This document shows positions 49,041-61,969 of a stretch of 64,000 nucleotides of DNA, in pieces (position 1 is the first letter of the stretch; the number at the start of each line of letters is the position of its first letter). The notes beneath the pieces were generated by a model. That model was not told where the DNA came from and did not search any database. It saw nothing but the letters and a program-made list of their open reading frames with translations. This DNA comes from Stegostoma tigrinum (Eukaryota), in contig NC_081366.1 of the NCBI RefSeq assembly GCF_030684315.1, positions 7,440,001 through 7,504,000 of the forward strand, given 5' to 3'. The translations under genes and the position numbers were made by a program.

Positions 49041-49337
49041 GCAATAGGTTTTGGAGTAGATTTGTAGCTCGGGTTTTGGGTGCTGAGGTTGGCTGGCTCA
49101 CCGAGCTGGTTTCTTGTTTCGCAGACGTTTCGTCACCCTGTTGGGTTACATCCTCTGTGCAGCCTCCAATGAAACGTCGGTGTGTTTTCTGGCCTGGTTT
49201 TTAAACCCCGGAGTCCGTTGAGATGGATTGCCTCACTTCCGGTTTTCCTTCGTAGTGGAATGTACTGAGGATGTTACCAAGCATGGTAACGAAACATCTG
49301 CGAAACAAGAAACCAGCTCGGGGAGCCAACCAGCCTC
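49041..49337. mobile_element. Palindromic Penelope-derived mini-element with two hammerhead motifs and 8-bp TSD
   Basis: Inverted arms 49084-49161 and 49261-49338; AAGAACAA direct repeats at 49033 and 49338. Confidence 0.75.
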
Positions 49338-50498
49338 AAGAACAATCAATTTTCAATTAACCCTCCCCAATCCCTCCAAATGTGCAGCTGAATAAGGTAT
49401 GAAAGTGTTGCAACCCGATGTCCTTCAGTTAAAGACGGTTAATGGTTTCATGCGCAAACATCGGAAGCAATCAGCCTTCTTTTCATTTCAAGATCCACCG
49501 ACAACTCACGCCCCGCGCCCGCCTAACATTTAGATAGTTCAGTGGAACTCGGTGGCTGCTAGAATCCTGAAATCATTACAGGCCCCGCATGAAAGTTGTT
49601 CAGCAAATCAGGGAACTGTGAGAGCAGTTGCATCTCTAATCGCTCAAGTTGTTGTTTTCGCGTCTGCTGACCGTGTCCAGCGAATGGGTAAATTCAAAAA
49701 GAGTGCGATGCCCCAGAACTTTGATGTTTGTGTTGAAAGGTAATCGTTACCGATATAAGTGCTTCCAGGTGACCTTTCTTTTTGCGTCACATAGTCCAAC
49801 CGGAGATGGGGCAGAGGTAGGCCTCATCCTAGGGAATGAAACCGGTCAAGTGGTTGGAGTTTCAATGAGTGAGCATTTTGGCACAGTGACTATAACTGTA
49901 AGTTTCAAGATTAGTTTAGAAAGGGATGACGATAGTGCAGAAGTTAAGGTTTAAATTAGGGGAATGCGATATCATGAGTCTGGATCTGGCCAACATAGGC
50001 TGGGAGCAGCTATTTGCAGAAAAGCCTACATTTGTGCAATGGGAGACTTTTAAAAGTACCATAATGAAACTTCGGATCCACCATGTTCGTTTAAGAGTGA
50101 AGGACAACGGCAGCAAGTCCACGGAACCTTGAATGTCAAGGAATATGGACAGCTTGATAAAGAAATACCAGTAAATATATGTGAGGTACAGCGCATTCAA
50201 AACAGGGAAGGCCCTTCAAAAGTATGGAGAATATATGGGATTGCTTAAAAAAGAAAATTGTGAGGGCAAAGAGAGCCCATGAAATATCTTTGGCTGATGG
50301 CCTCAAGGAAAATGCCAAGGCTTTTTTTTTACTAAATTAAGAGTAAGAGGGTTAACAAAAACAGTGTCAGACATGTAGGCTAGGTGATAAAGAAGGCAAT
50401 ACGAGATGTCATCATTAGCCGGGCTGTAGAATGTAGAATCAAGGAAGTCTTGTTACAACACTATAAAACATTAGTTGGGCCACAGATAGAATACCGTG

Positions 50499-50723
50499 AT
50501 GATAAGGTGTGCAGCTGGATGAACAGAGCAGACCAAGCAGCATCAGAGGGGCAGGAAAGCTGACGTTTCGGCCTGGACCCTTCTTCAGTCTGCATCTGAA
50601 GAAGGGCCCAGACCTGAAACATCAGCTCTCCTGCCCCTCTGGTGCTGTTTGGCCTGCTGTGTTCATCAAGCTCTCCACTTTGTTGTCGCAGATTCTCCAG
50701 CATCTGCAGTTCCTACTGTCTCC
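50499..50723. mobile_element. Palindromic twin-hammerhead mini-element with 14-bp TSD
   Basis: GATAGAATACCGTG at 50485-50498 and 50724-50737; hammerhead cores at 50559-50588 (-) and 50596-50626 (+). Confidence 0.8.
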
Positions 50724-50884
50724 GATAGAATACCGTGCGCGGTTCTGGTCGTAACACCATCGGAAGAAAGTGATTGCATTGTATCGATGAGGTTCACCAT
50801 GATGTCGCCTGAGATGAAAAGCCTCAGTTATGAGTAGAGATGAGAGAGGTTGGGTTTGTTTTCTTTGGAGCAGACGAGACTGAG

Positions 50885-50994
50885 ACGGTTTCTGAAGAAG
50901 GGTCACTGGACCTGAAACGTTAACCGAGTCCGTTCCACAAATGCTACCAGACCTGTTGAGTTTTTCCAGCAAATTCGGTTTTTTGTTTTTGATC
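50885..50994 (+). mobile_element. Penelope-type terminal repeat with hammerhead motif inserted in CR1
   Basis: CTGAAGA-AGGGTCACTGGACCT-GAAACGTT at 50892-50921; CTGAG on both flanks. Confidence 0.7.
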
Positions 50995-52009
50995 CTGAGG
51001 GGTGATCTGATTGAGGTATACAAAATTATGAGAGACCTAGGCAGAATGGATCGTGAGAATCTGTCGTACATGGCAGACATGTCCAAGACCGGAGGGCACG
51101 GATTTAAAGTGAGAAGCGAGTGTTCAGAGGAGATATAAGGTTTTTCTTAACCCAGAAGGTGGGAGATTTCTGGAACATGCTGGCTGAGAGGGTGAGACGC
51201 GGTGGGCCAAAGGGCCTTTTCCCGTGCTGTATGATTCTATGACTCAATAACAATAATCAAAACATACAAATATTTATGCCCTAAAAATGCTAATTTGGCA
51301 GTGTACGAGAGGAAGCGTTTGAGAATAAACTGGTATCCTTCAAAAGGATACAAATATATTTTGAAAATATTGAATACTTTCCTCTTTTACGCTACCAAGA
51401 CGCAGTTACAAATGAAATAAACAACTATGGATGCTGACGATCTGAAACAATAAAACGAAATTGTTGGAGAAATTCAGCAGGTGGGCAACATCTGGGGAAC
51501 AAGAAATTGAGTTACCATTTTGAGTCCTGTGACACTTCTTCGGAACTAATAGTAGCCAGGAAACATGTGGCATTTATGCCGATGGCAGGGACGAGGTGAG
51601 AAAGGAGAGAGCGGATAATTGAAGGACGAGGCCGGAGAGATATAGAAAGTTAGAAAGTGAATGATTGTTAGTAAGCCGGGAAGAAGAAAAGCTGGTAATG
51701 GGACAATGAATCGGTAAAAATGTGTTGGCTCTGCTGAAAGTAGCCCGTGTCGTGCGAGGGTCTTGGTTGTGGGGCGGTTTAAGAACGTGGAAGAAGTTCA
51801 GGTTCTAAAGTGAGTGAACTCGATGTTGAGTCCTGAAGGCTGCACAGTCCACAAGTGGAAGATAAGATGCCTTTCTTCCAGCTGCGCTGAGCGTTGCTGG
51901 TGTATGCTGACGATCCAACTGTTCCTGCTTTCCCCCTATACCCTTTGATCTCTGTAGCCCTAGGCACGATATACAACGCCTCTTTGATAACATTCAATGT
52001 TATGGCCTC

Positions 52010-53470
52010 AGTGATAATGGGAACTGCAGATGCTGGAGAATCCAAGATAACAAAGTGTGAAGCTGGATGAACACAGCAGGCCAAGCAACATCTCAGGAGC
52101 ACAAAAGCTGACGTTTCGGGCCTAGACCCTTCATCAGAGAGGGGGATGGGGAGAGGGTTCTGGAATAAATAGGGAGAGAGGAGGAGGCGGACCGAAGATG
52201 GAGAAAAGAAGATAGGTGGAGAGGAGAGTATAGGTGGGGAGGTAGGGAGGGGATAGGTCAGTCCAGGGAAGACGGACAGGTCAAGGAGGCGGGATGAGGT
52301 AGTAGGTAGGAAATGGAGGTGCGGCTTGAGGTGGGAGGAAAGGATGGGTGAGAGGAAGAACAGGTTAGGGAGGTGGAGACAGGCTGGGCTGGTTTTGGGA
52401 TGCAGTGGGTGGAGGGGAAGAGCTGGGTTGGTTGTGTGATGCAATGGGGGGAGGGGACGAACTGGGCTGGTTTTGGGATGCGGTGGGGGAAGGAGGAATT
52501 TTGAAGCTTGTGAAGTCCACATTGATACCATTGGGCTGCAGGGTTCCCAAGCGGAATATGAGTTGCTGTTCTTGCAACCTTCTGGTGGCATCATTGTGGC
52601 ACCGCAGGAGGCCCATGATGGACATGTCGTCTGAGGAATGGGAGGGGTGTTAAAATGGTTCGCGACTGGGTTTGCGAGTTGTTTATTGCAAACCAAGCAG
52701 AGGTGTTCTGCAAAGCAGTCCCCAAGCCTCTGCTTGGTTTCCCCAATGTAGAGGAAGCCACACCGGTACAATGGATACAGTATACCACATTGGCAGATGT
52801 GCAGGTGAACATCTGCTTAATATGGAAGGTCATCTTGGGGCCTGGGATGGGGGTGAGGGAGGAGGTGTGGGGGCAAGTGTAGCACTTCCTGCGGTTGCAG
52901 GGGAAGGTGCCGGGTGTGGAGGGGTTGGATGGGAGTGTGGAGCGGACAAGGGAGTCATGGAGAGAGTGGTCTCTCCGGAAGGCAGACAAGGGTGGGGATG
53001 GAAAAATGGCTTAGGTGGTGGGGTCGGATTGTAGATGACGGAAGTGTCGGAGGATGATGTGTTGTATCCGGAGGTTGGTGGGGTAGTATGTGAGAACGAG
53101 GGGGATCCTCTTGGGGCGGTTGTGGCGGGGGCGGGTTGTGAGAGATGTGTTGCGGGAAATGCGGGAGACGCGGTCAAGGGGGTTCTCGACCACTGCGGGG
53201 GGAAAGTTGCAGTCCTTGAAGAACGTGGACATCTGGGATGTGCGGGAGTGGAATGTCTCATCCTGGGAGCACATGCGGAGGAGGCGGAGGAATTGGGAAT
53301 AGGGGATGGAATTTTTGCAGGAGGGTGGGTGGGAGGAGGTGTATCCTAGGTAGCTGTGGGAGTCAGTGGGCTTGAAATGGACATCAGTTTCTAGCTGGTT
53401 GCCTGAGATGGAGACTGAGAGGTCCAGGAAGGTGAGGGATGTGTTGGAGATGGCCCAGGTGAACTTGAGG
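52010..53470 (-). mobile_element. Young 5'-truncated Penelope-like retroelement (RT C-terminus + GIY-YIG endonuclease)
   Basis: Frames read FLDLSV...SHSYLGYTSSHP...PYSQFLRLRRMCS...PCNRRKCYTC...NVVYCIHC / CGFLYIGETKQRL...HFN...LQPNGIN, broken by one stop and frameshifts. Confidence 0.9.
52107..52140 (-). ncRNA. Minimal hammerhead ribozyme motif in Penelope terminal repeat
   Basis: CTGATGA-AGGGTCTAGGCCC-GAAAC-GTC: intact CUGANGA and GAAA cores, short stem II, GUC triplet. Confidence 0.7.
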
Positions 53471-54057
53471 TGGCCGCTTTCTTTGCTGTATTATTGGTAG
53501 TAACCAAGAAAAAAAGACTAGTTTTGAAACAAACAATATTAAAACAGCACTTTATTTCTTTAATGATAAGTAGCAAAGAAGGATGCATGACAATATGAAT
53601 GTATTCCGGGGATAATATAAAATCACAACACATCCAAACAAAGCGATTATCATTGGTGCCGTGCACCCAATTGATTTAGAAAAGTTAGAAACACATAATT
53701 AGTGCATATTAAAATACTCATACTTATTCACTTACCCACTCATTGCTACCACGAGTTAGAATTCAAATTGGTGAACAAAACTTTTAATTATTTGGTTGTA
53801 GCCATACCTCACTGTGCATACCCAAACACTGCAGCTGTTGTCCTGTTTTTTGTTTGTTCTATGTACATTTTGCACTCGCAAACTTTCACTTTAAGGTGTG
53901 GCCCATGTAATTCTGGATGTACTGCCTACGTCAATGTAACTGCATACATTACCAATATCTATTTAGCAGCAAAGACAAGATAATATATAAAGTTGACATA
54001 AATGGTAGCCACAATATGGAGTGAAACATTTGGATTCTCTCTGCGCAATATTTAAGG

Positions 54058-54502
54058 TGTGATGAATGGCTAAGGATCCTGGGATTGTACACATTAGAGT
54101 TTAGAAGGTTGAGGGGAGATCTAATAGAAACTTACAAGATAACGTATGGTTTAGAAGGGGTGGACGCTAGGAAGTTGTTTCCGTTAGGCAGGGAGACTAG
54201 GACCCGTGGGCACAGCCTTAAAATTAGAGGGGGTAAATTTAAAACTGAAATGAGAAGACATTCCTTCAGCCAGAGAGTGGTGGGCTTGTGGAACTCATTG
54301 CCGCAGAGTGCAGTGGAGGCCGGGATGTTGGATGCCTTCAAGGCAGAGATCGATAAATTCTTGATCTCAGAAGGAATCAAGGGCTACGGGGAGAGTGCAG
54401 GGAAGTGGTGTTGAAATGCCCATCAGCCATGATTTAAATGACAGAGTGGACTTGATGGGCCGAATGGCCTTATTTCCACTCCTATGTCTTATGGTCTTAC
54501 GG
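54058..54502 (+). mobile_element. Young CR1 3' fragment
   Basis: 109-aa ORF YTLEFRRLRGDLIETYKI...TRGHSLKI...FSQRVVGLWNSLP; TATGTCTTATGGTCTTA tail. Confidence 0.9.
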
Positions 54503-55374
54503 TTTTATTTCTTTCATCACAAATTAACAAATGCATTCCCATTTCGCATTAATTTCTCTTTAATTAGTGAAGAAATGGAAATAAGCAGTTAATACACTAT
54601 CAATGAGTCATTTTATAAGTTTATAGTATAATTTGAACATTCGTTTTCAATGATCTTCATCGATGAGTAATACAAAACAGCCTAGGGAAAAGAAGCAGAG
54701 AAAAGAATGGCAAGTATAACCTACCAACATATTTGTTAAGTGTCTTAATCATTTTGATAAAATCACACAGCATAGAAGACATTTTTCCAGCTCATCATAC
54801 ACCATGTTCGCTTCTAGAATGAGTAGTCTTGTGTTGTCTCTTTTCTTAATTGATAGCACTTTTAAGATCCTCATTCTCCAGTACCTGTTTAATTGCATTC
54901 ATTAAAATCATGAGATCAGTTTCCAGTGATTTATGAGATCTTCCCAGTGCACATGCTTTGTCCCAACAATTATCTGTGTGGAAGCGACTCTGCTCACACC
55001 ATCTCCAATATCTTTAGACCATGTTTTGGAAACAATAATAAATCAGAAAGTTGCGGGAGAAATGCAGCAGGTATGAAGAGAAAAACAGAGTTAACGTTTC
55101 CAGTCCAATCTGACTCTGAGAAGCTGAAAGCAACAATCTATGATTAATGATTCATTCAGTAGCAGGACAATTCTTTCTTATCTATCAATTCTCATTAAAT
55201 TTCTAATCATCTTAAACATCTCTCAATCATTGAGTTTTAACTTTGTTTCTCCGAAGGACGACAGCCCTGACATTTCCAAGCACACCACATACCTAAGCTC
55301 CTTGTCGCTGTTCAGTGGATTCATTTAGCTTTGGCAAGTATTATTAAAGAGAACACAAAGAGATTCAACAACAC

Positions 55375-57095
55375 ATTCAGGACAAAACAGTAACTCGAGA
55401 AAGAATAGCCCCCCCTTAAAAATCAGCAAGGCCAACTATGTGTGGAACCGCAGGGGATGAGTGAGATGCTAAATGAGCATTTCGCATCACTTTTCACTGT
55501 GGAGGAGCTAGAGAAAATGGAGAACTAAATAGATACCTTGGAAAGTGTCCATATTACAGAGGAGGAGGTGCTGGGCATCTGAAAACACATAAATCTGGAT
55601 AAATGCCTGGCACCTGATCAGATATACCCCAGAGCTACGCGGGAAGCTAGGAAAGTGATTGCTGAATCCCTTGTTGAAATATTTGTATCACAGATTGCCA
55701 CAGGTGAGGTGCTGAAAGATTGGAGGTTAGCTACCATGGTGCCATTATTTAACATGGGTGATGAGGAAAAGACAGAGAACTACAGACTGGTCAGTCTTTC
55801 GTCAGTGGTGGTGGAAATGTTGTGGGGATTCTGAGGGACAGTATTTACATGCATAATGAAAAGCAACGATTGATTAGAGATAGCCAGCAAGGCTGTGTGC
55901 TGGGGAAATCATATATCACTAACTTTGCTGAGTTTTTTGAAGAGATGAAAATGATTGGTAAAGGCAGAGAGGTGGATGCTATCTGTATGGACTTCAGTAA
56001 GGCATTTGACAAGGTTCCACATGATAGACTGGTTAACAAGGTTAAATTACATAGAAGACAGGGAGAGTGACACATCTGGATACAAAATTTCCCCAAAGAT
56101 AGGAAACAGGGCATGGCATTAGTGAGTTACTTTTCAGGCTGGAAGCCAAGATCAGTGCTGGGTTCTCTGCTTTTAGTCATTTATATAAATAATTTGGATG
56201 TAAATATGGGAGGTACGGTGAATAAGTATGCAGACAACACTAAAATTGGTGGTGCAGTAGATAACAAAGAAGTACAATGGGACATTGATCTGATTAGCAA
56301 ATTGCAGAGGGGTGGCAGATGGAGTTTAATTCAGATAAATGTGAGGCGTTGCATTTCAGCAGGGCTAATCATGGCTGAACTTATACACTAAATTGTAAAG
56401 TTCTGGGAAGCGTTGCTCAACAAAGAGACCCTGGGCTGTTGGTTCATTGTTCCTTGAAAGTGGAGTCACAGGTAGACGGCGTGGTGAAAAGAGCATTTGG
56501 TACATTTGGCCTTTATTGATCAATGCATTGAGTATAGGAGCTGGGACGTCATTTTACAACATTGGTAAAGCCACTTTTGGAATAGCATTCAATTCTAGTC
56601 TCCATGCTATAGATGTTGTGAAATTTTAAAGGATTCAAAAAAAAGATTTACAAGAATGTTGCCAGGGTTCAAGGGTTGAGTCTATAGGAAGAGGCTGACT
56701 AGACTGGGACCATTTCCTCTGGAGTGTCAGACCTTATAGAAGTTTACAAATTCTTGAGGGGCATGGATACAGTGAATAGCCAAAGTCTTTTCCCCAAGAT
56801 AGAGGGCATAGGTTTAAAGTGAGAGGAGAAAGATTTAAAAAAGACCTAAGGACCAACTTTTTTCACACAGAGGGTGGTGTGAGTGAGGAATGACCCATTT
56901 GAGGAGGTAGTGGAGGCTGGTACAATTACAACATCTTAAAGACCATCTGGATAGGCATATGAATAGGAAGGGTTGAGAAGGATATGGGCCAAATTCTGGC
57001 AAATGGGACTAGATTAATTTAGGATGACTAGTTGGTATAGACAAGTTGGATAGAAAGACCTGTTTCCATGCTGTCTACATCTATGACTCTATGCT
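55375..57095 (+). mobile_element. CR1 LINE, 5'-truncated and decayed
   Basis: DAICMDFSKAFDKVPHDRL, SVLGSLL, YADNTKIGG; CTATGACTCTATG tail. Confidence 0.85.
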
Positions 57096-58674
57096 AACAT
57101 GTCTCCATGAGACCTCTCACTAGACATAACCAGCAATTCATGAAGATCTGACATAATTTAATTGCTTCTATCATCTATTCCTCATCTTATCAACTTAGTA
57201 ACACAAATGCCCTTCAACTGTCTTATGGTCATGCACAGCCACTTTCACAATTTATGCATAGCCAAGTCCAGATCTCTATACTGGGCTAATCATTGCAAAA
57301 CTATATCCTTCACAATGTATTTAATTTCCATTGGAGTCTTCTCAAAATACAGAAAAATCACACTACTCCACTGAACTCTATCCGTCATGCTTGTGCTCAT
57401 TTGAATATTACATCTATGTCATCCCAAAGTCTGCAAACTTCATAATGCATCCGCCTAACTCTGAGTGTATGGTATTTGTAACAATTGAAATATTAATGGG
57501 CCACATATGACGCCTGTGATAACATCAATGCAAACACCCTTTCATACTAAAAGACATCTAGTGCTCACTTTTTTGTGTGTTCACTGATTTTTATTATAAT
57601 ACTAATTTTTATCCCTATACCATTACTTCCAACTGAATTCCACCTCTTGCCTTCCATACTGTGTAAAATTTTGGTCTCCCTATTATAAAAATAATATAAT
57701 AGTGTTTGAAAAAGTTCAGAGAATGTTCTTCCTACTCTTTCCTGGGATAGAATTCTTAATTTCTGAAGAAAGACTAAACAAATTAAGCATTTACCAATCC
57801 AGGGTTTAGGTAAATAAAAGGTGATCTCATTGAACCATATCAGTTCAGGAGCAGACTAGACAGGGGGAATTCTGAGAGGATGTTTTCTTTTGTGGGAAGA
57901 CTAGAACTAAGGTATACCATCTAATAATAAGACATCACACTTTTAAGATGGACATGTGGAGAGTTTTTTTTTTAATTTCTCTCACAGCGTCATTTGTTTG
58001 TAGAATTCTCTTTCCCAAAAACAGTGTAAGATGAACTATTGAATTTATTCAAGGCTGAGAGAGATGGATTATTGATAGGCAAGTGAGTCAAGAGTAAATC
58101 AAGTCAGAAAATGCTAGGGAAACTCAGGTCTTGCAACATGTGTTGAGAGAGAATCAGAGTTCATGTTTCAAGTTCAGAATGATGCCTCTTCAGAAATGAA
58201 AGCAGTTGGAAAGTCTGTTTTTATTTTAATGACAGAAAGGGTGGAGAATCAAGTGGAACAGATTGTGAGATTGTACAGTGCAAATAAAAACAAAAGCAGT
58301 GATGATAATGGTAAAGGAGAGATAGATGTGTAAAATAGGTATAAATGCTAGATGTAAAAAGGATCAAATATGGACACTCTGTTGAGAGTAAGGCCAACAA
58401 AACACAATTAAAAGACACTGCCAGAGAAAGTGAGGATGTAAAAAAGAATGAGTACAGAAGTCATACACTGAAGTTGTAGAACACAATACCAAGTCCTAAA
58501 GGGTGTACACAGAGTGAAAAATTAGGTTTTGTTCATTCAGCTTACATTGAGCTTATTGGAACAGTGTTTCAGACCAAGAATGGAAACGTTAACATTAGAC
58601 CAGGGTGGTTATTGAAATGGAAACCAGCTGGAAGTTCAGCATTATTTTCATGAACAGAGTGGAGATGAAAAGCG

Positions 58675-61600
58675 AGGAACAAAATTAAAAAACAGGTCTC
58701 CAAGGGTCATAATCTCTGGATTGTTGCCCGAGCCACATGCAAATTGGCATAGGGAGGCGAGGATTGTGAAGTAAACACATGGCTAAAAGAATGATGTGGG
58801 AAAGAATGTTTCTTTTTCATGGGGCATGGGCATCAGTTCTGGGACAGAGGGGATCTATACCGCTGGGATGGGCTCCACCTGAACAGGGCCAGGTCTAGTG
58901 CTCTGGCGAGAATGGTGAATAGGGTGGTTGATAGGACTTTAAACTAGTAAGTGGGGGAAGGGAGAAGTGAGAGTAGAGGGAGAATAACAATTAATGTAAG
59001 GCAAAGCTGCATATTAGCAGGTGACAAGGATGCTTCAACTCCACTGAAAATTAGGAAAAAAGTTAAAGCGAAGAACTCAAGAGTTGCTAGTAATGGAGGT
59101 AATAGAACAGAAAAAGAAGGTGCAAAAACTGCCATAAGGGCACTTTATCTGAATGCTCAGAGCATTTGAAACAAGCTGGATGAGTTGATGGTGCAAATCA
59201 TGGCAAATGGGTATGATTTAGTGCCCATTACAGAGACATGGTTACAGGATGGTCATGGAGTTAAATATCCAGGGGTATCAAACTGTTTGGAAGGACAGGC
59301 AGGGAGGTAATTGCCCCCTTGTGTTGCTCTGACTTTTAAGAATGATATCAGGGCAGTAGTGAGAGATGATATAGGTTCTACTGAACAACACATTGAATCC
59401 ATTTGGGTGGAAATTAGGAATAGCAGGGAGAAGAAGTCACTGATAGGTGTGGTCTATAGGCCACCAAACAATGATAACGTGGTGGGCTGGGCAATAAACA
59501 TAAAAATAGCTAATACATGTAAAAATGGTACAGCAATTATCATGGGGGATTTTAATCTACATATCAATTGGTCAAACCGGGTTCGTCATGGCAATCTTGA
59601 GTAGAGGCTCACAGAATGCACCTGCGATGATTTCCTTGAACAATTTGTAATGGAACCTATGAGGGAGCAAGCTATCCTAGATCTAGTCCTGTGTAATGAG
59701 ACAGGAATAATTAATGATCTCACAGTTAGGGATCCTCTCGGAAGGAGCAATCACAGCATGGTCGAATTTAAATTACAGATGGAGCATGAGAAGGTTAAAT
59801 CCAGTACCTATGTCTTGTGCTTAAACAAAGGAAACTAGGAAGGAATGCGGAAGGAGTTAGCCAAGCTATTATGGGAGCAAACATTTTATGGTGTGTCAAT
59901 TGAGGAACAGTGGAGGAATTTCAAAACAATTTTTCACAGTGTTCAGCAGAAGTATATTCCAGTGACAAGGAAGAACTGTAGGAAAAGAGACAGCCAGCCA
60001 TGCATGTCTAAGGAAATAAAGGCAAGTATCAGATTGAAAATAAAAACGCATACAAAAAAGCAAACAGTAGTAGACTGGGAAATCTTTAAAAGCCAACAGA
60101 AAGCCACAAAAAACGTAATAAAGAAAAGTAAGATAGATTATGACAGTAAACTAGCTCAGAGTATAAAAACAGACAGCAAAAGTTTCTATAAATATGTAAA
60201 TCATAAAAGAGTGGCAGAGGTAAACATTGGTCCTTTAGAGGACAAGAAGGCCAATTTAATAATTGGGAATGAGCAAATAGCCGCGACATTAAACCGTTAT
60301 TTCGTGCCGGACTTCACAGTGTGAGACACAAATAACATGCCGTAAATTAATAGCAAGAAGGTTATAGCAGGTGAGGAACTAGAAACTATCATCATCACCA
60401 AAGAGGCAGTGCTGGGCAAGCTAATGGGGCTAAAGGTAGACAAGTCTCCTGGCCCTGATGAATTGCATCCCAGGGACTAAAAGAGGTGATGGCAGAAATA
60501 GCAAATGCACTAGTAATTATTTACCAAAATTCACTGGACTCTGAGGTGGTTCCTGCAGATTGGAAAATAGCCAATGTGATGCCACTTTTCAACAATGGAA
60601 GTAGACAAAAAGTGGGTAACTATAGGCCAGTTGGCTTAACTTCGGTAGTGGGGAAAATGCTTGAATCTATCAATATGGAAGAAATAGCAAGACATCTGGA
60701 TGTAAATTCTCCCAGTGGGCACACCCAGCATGGGTTCATGAAGGGTAGGTCATGTTTCACTAATCTGGTGAAATTCTTTGAGGACATTACTTGCACAGTG
60801 GACAATGGGGAACCTGTGGATGTGGTATATCTGGATTTCCAGAAGGCATTTGACAAGGTGCTACATAAGATAACATTGCACAGTATCACAGGCAATGTAT
60901 TTGCATAAATGTAGGATTGGTTGAACAATAGAAAGCAAAGTATAGGGGTAAATGGGTGTTTTCCTGGTTGGCGGTCAGTGGCTAGTGGTATGCCTCAAGG
61001 ATCAGTGTTGGGACCTCAATTGTTTACAATTTACATAAGTGATTTGGAGCTGGGGACTAACTGTGATGTGTCAAAATTTGCAGATGACAATAAAGTGAGT
61101 GGGAGAACAAAATGTGCAGAAGACACTGAACATCTGCAGAAGGATATAGATAGTCTAAGTGAGTGGGCAAAGGTCTGGCAGATGGAGTACAAAGTTGAGA
61201 AGTGTGAGGTCATCCATTTTGGTAGGAATAGCAGCAAAATGGACTACATTTTAAATGGTGAAAACTTGCAGCATGCTGCTGTGCAAGGGGATTGGCTGTC
61301 CTTGTGCATGAATCACTGAAGGTAGGATTGCAGGTGCAGCAGGTGATTAAAAAGGCAAAAGGAATTTTGTCTGCCATTGCTCGAGGGCTGGAGGCCACAC
61401 CTGGAGTACTGTGTGCAGTTTTGGTCTCCTTCCTTGAGAAGGGATATAGTAGCACTGGTGGGGGGTGGGGTGCAGAGGAGATTCACTCAGTTGATTCCAG
61501 AGTTGAGAGGATTGGATTATGAGGAGAGACTGAGTAGAGTGGGCTTATACTCATTGGAATTCAGCGGAATGAGGAGAGATCTTATACAAACATATAAGGT

Positions 61601-61968
61601 TATGAAGGGAATAGATAAAGTGGAGGCAGGGAGTTTGTTTCTGCTGGCAGGTGAAACTAGGACTAGAGAGCATCACCTCAAAATAAAGAGAAGCAGATGT
61701 AGGACTGAGGTCAAAGGCAACTTCTTCACCCCAAAGGGTTGTGAATCTGTGGAATTCCCTGCCCAGTGATGTGGTTGTAGCTACCTCACTGAATGTTTTT
61801 AAGGCAAAGCTAGATAAATTTTTGAACAGGAAAGGAATTAAGGGTTATGGTGAGTGGGCAGATAAGTGGAGCTGAGTCTCAAAGGTCAGCCATGATCTTA
61901 TTAAATGGCGGGGCTGGCTCAAGGGGCCAGATGACCTACTCCTGCTCCTAGTTCTTATGTTCTTATGT
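58675..61968 (+). mobile_element. Large CR1 LINE (ORF1 esterase remnant + broken ORF2 EN/RT)
   Basis: VIISGLLP...DGLHLN (SGNH-like), LYLNAQSI, GVVYRPPN, IMGDFN, DLVLCN, NYRPVGLTS, DFQKAFDKV, PQGSVLGP, FADD; (GTTCTTAT)2 tail. Confidence 0.92.
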
Positions 61969-61969
61969 T

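Larger units (their letters stand above)
49790..51245 (+). mobile_element. CR1-like LINE fragments carrying two Penelope-type insertions
   Basis: LDLILGNE-like and LRGDLIEVYKIM remnants; TATGATTCTATGA tail. Confidence 0.75.

Noticed and set aside
51779-52771. 330-aa proline-rich ORF
   Set aside because: Frameshifted read-through of Penelope GIY-YIG sequence into its C-rich 3' repeat and flanking repeats.
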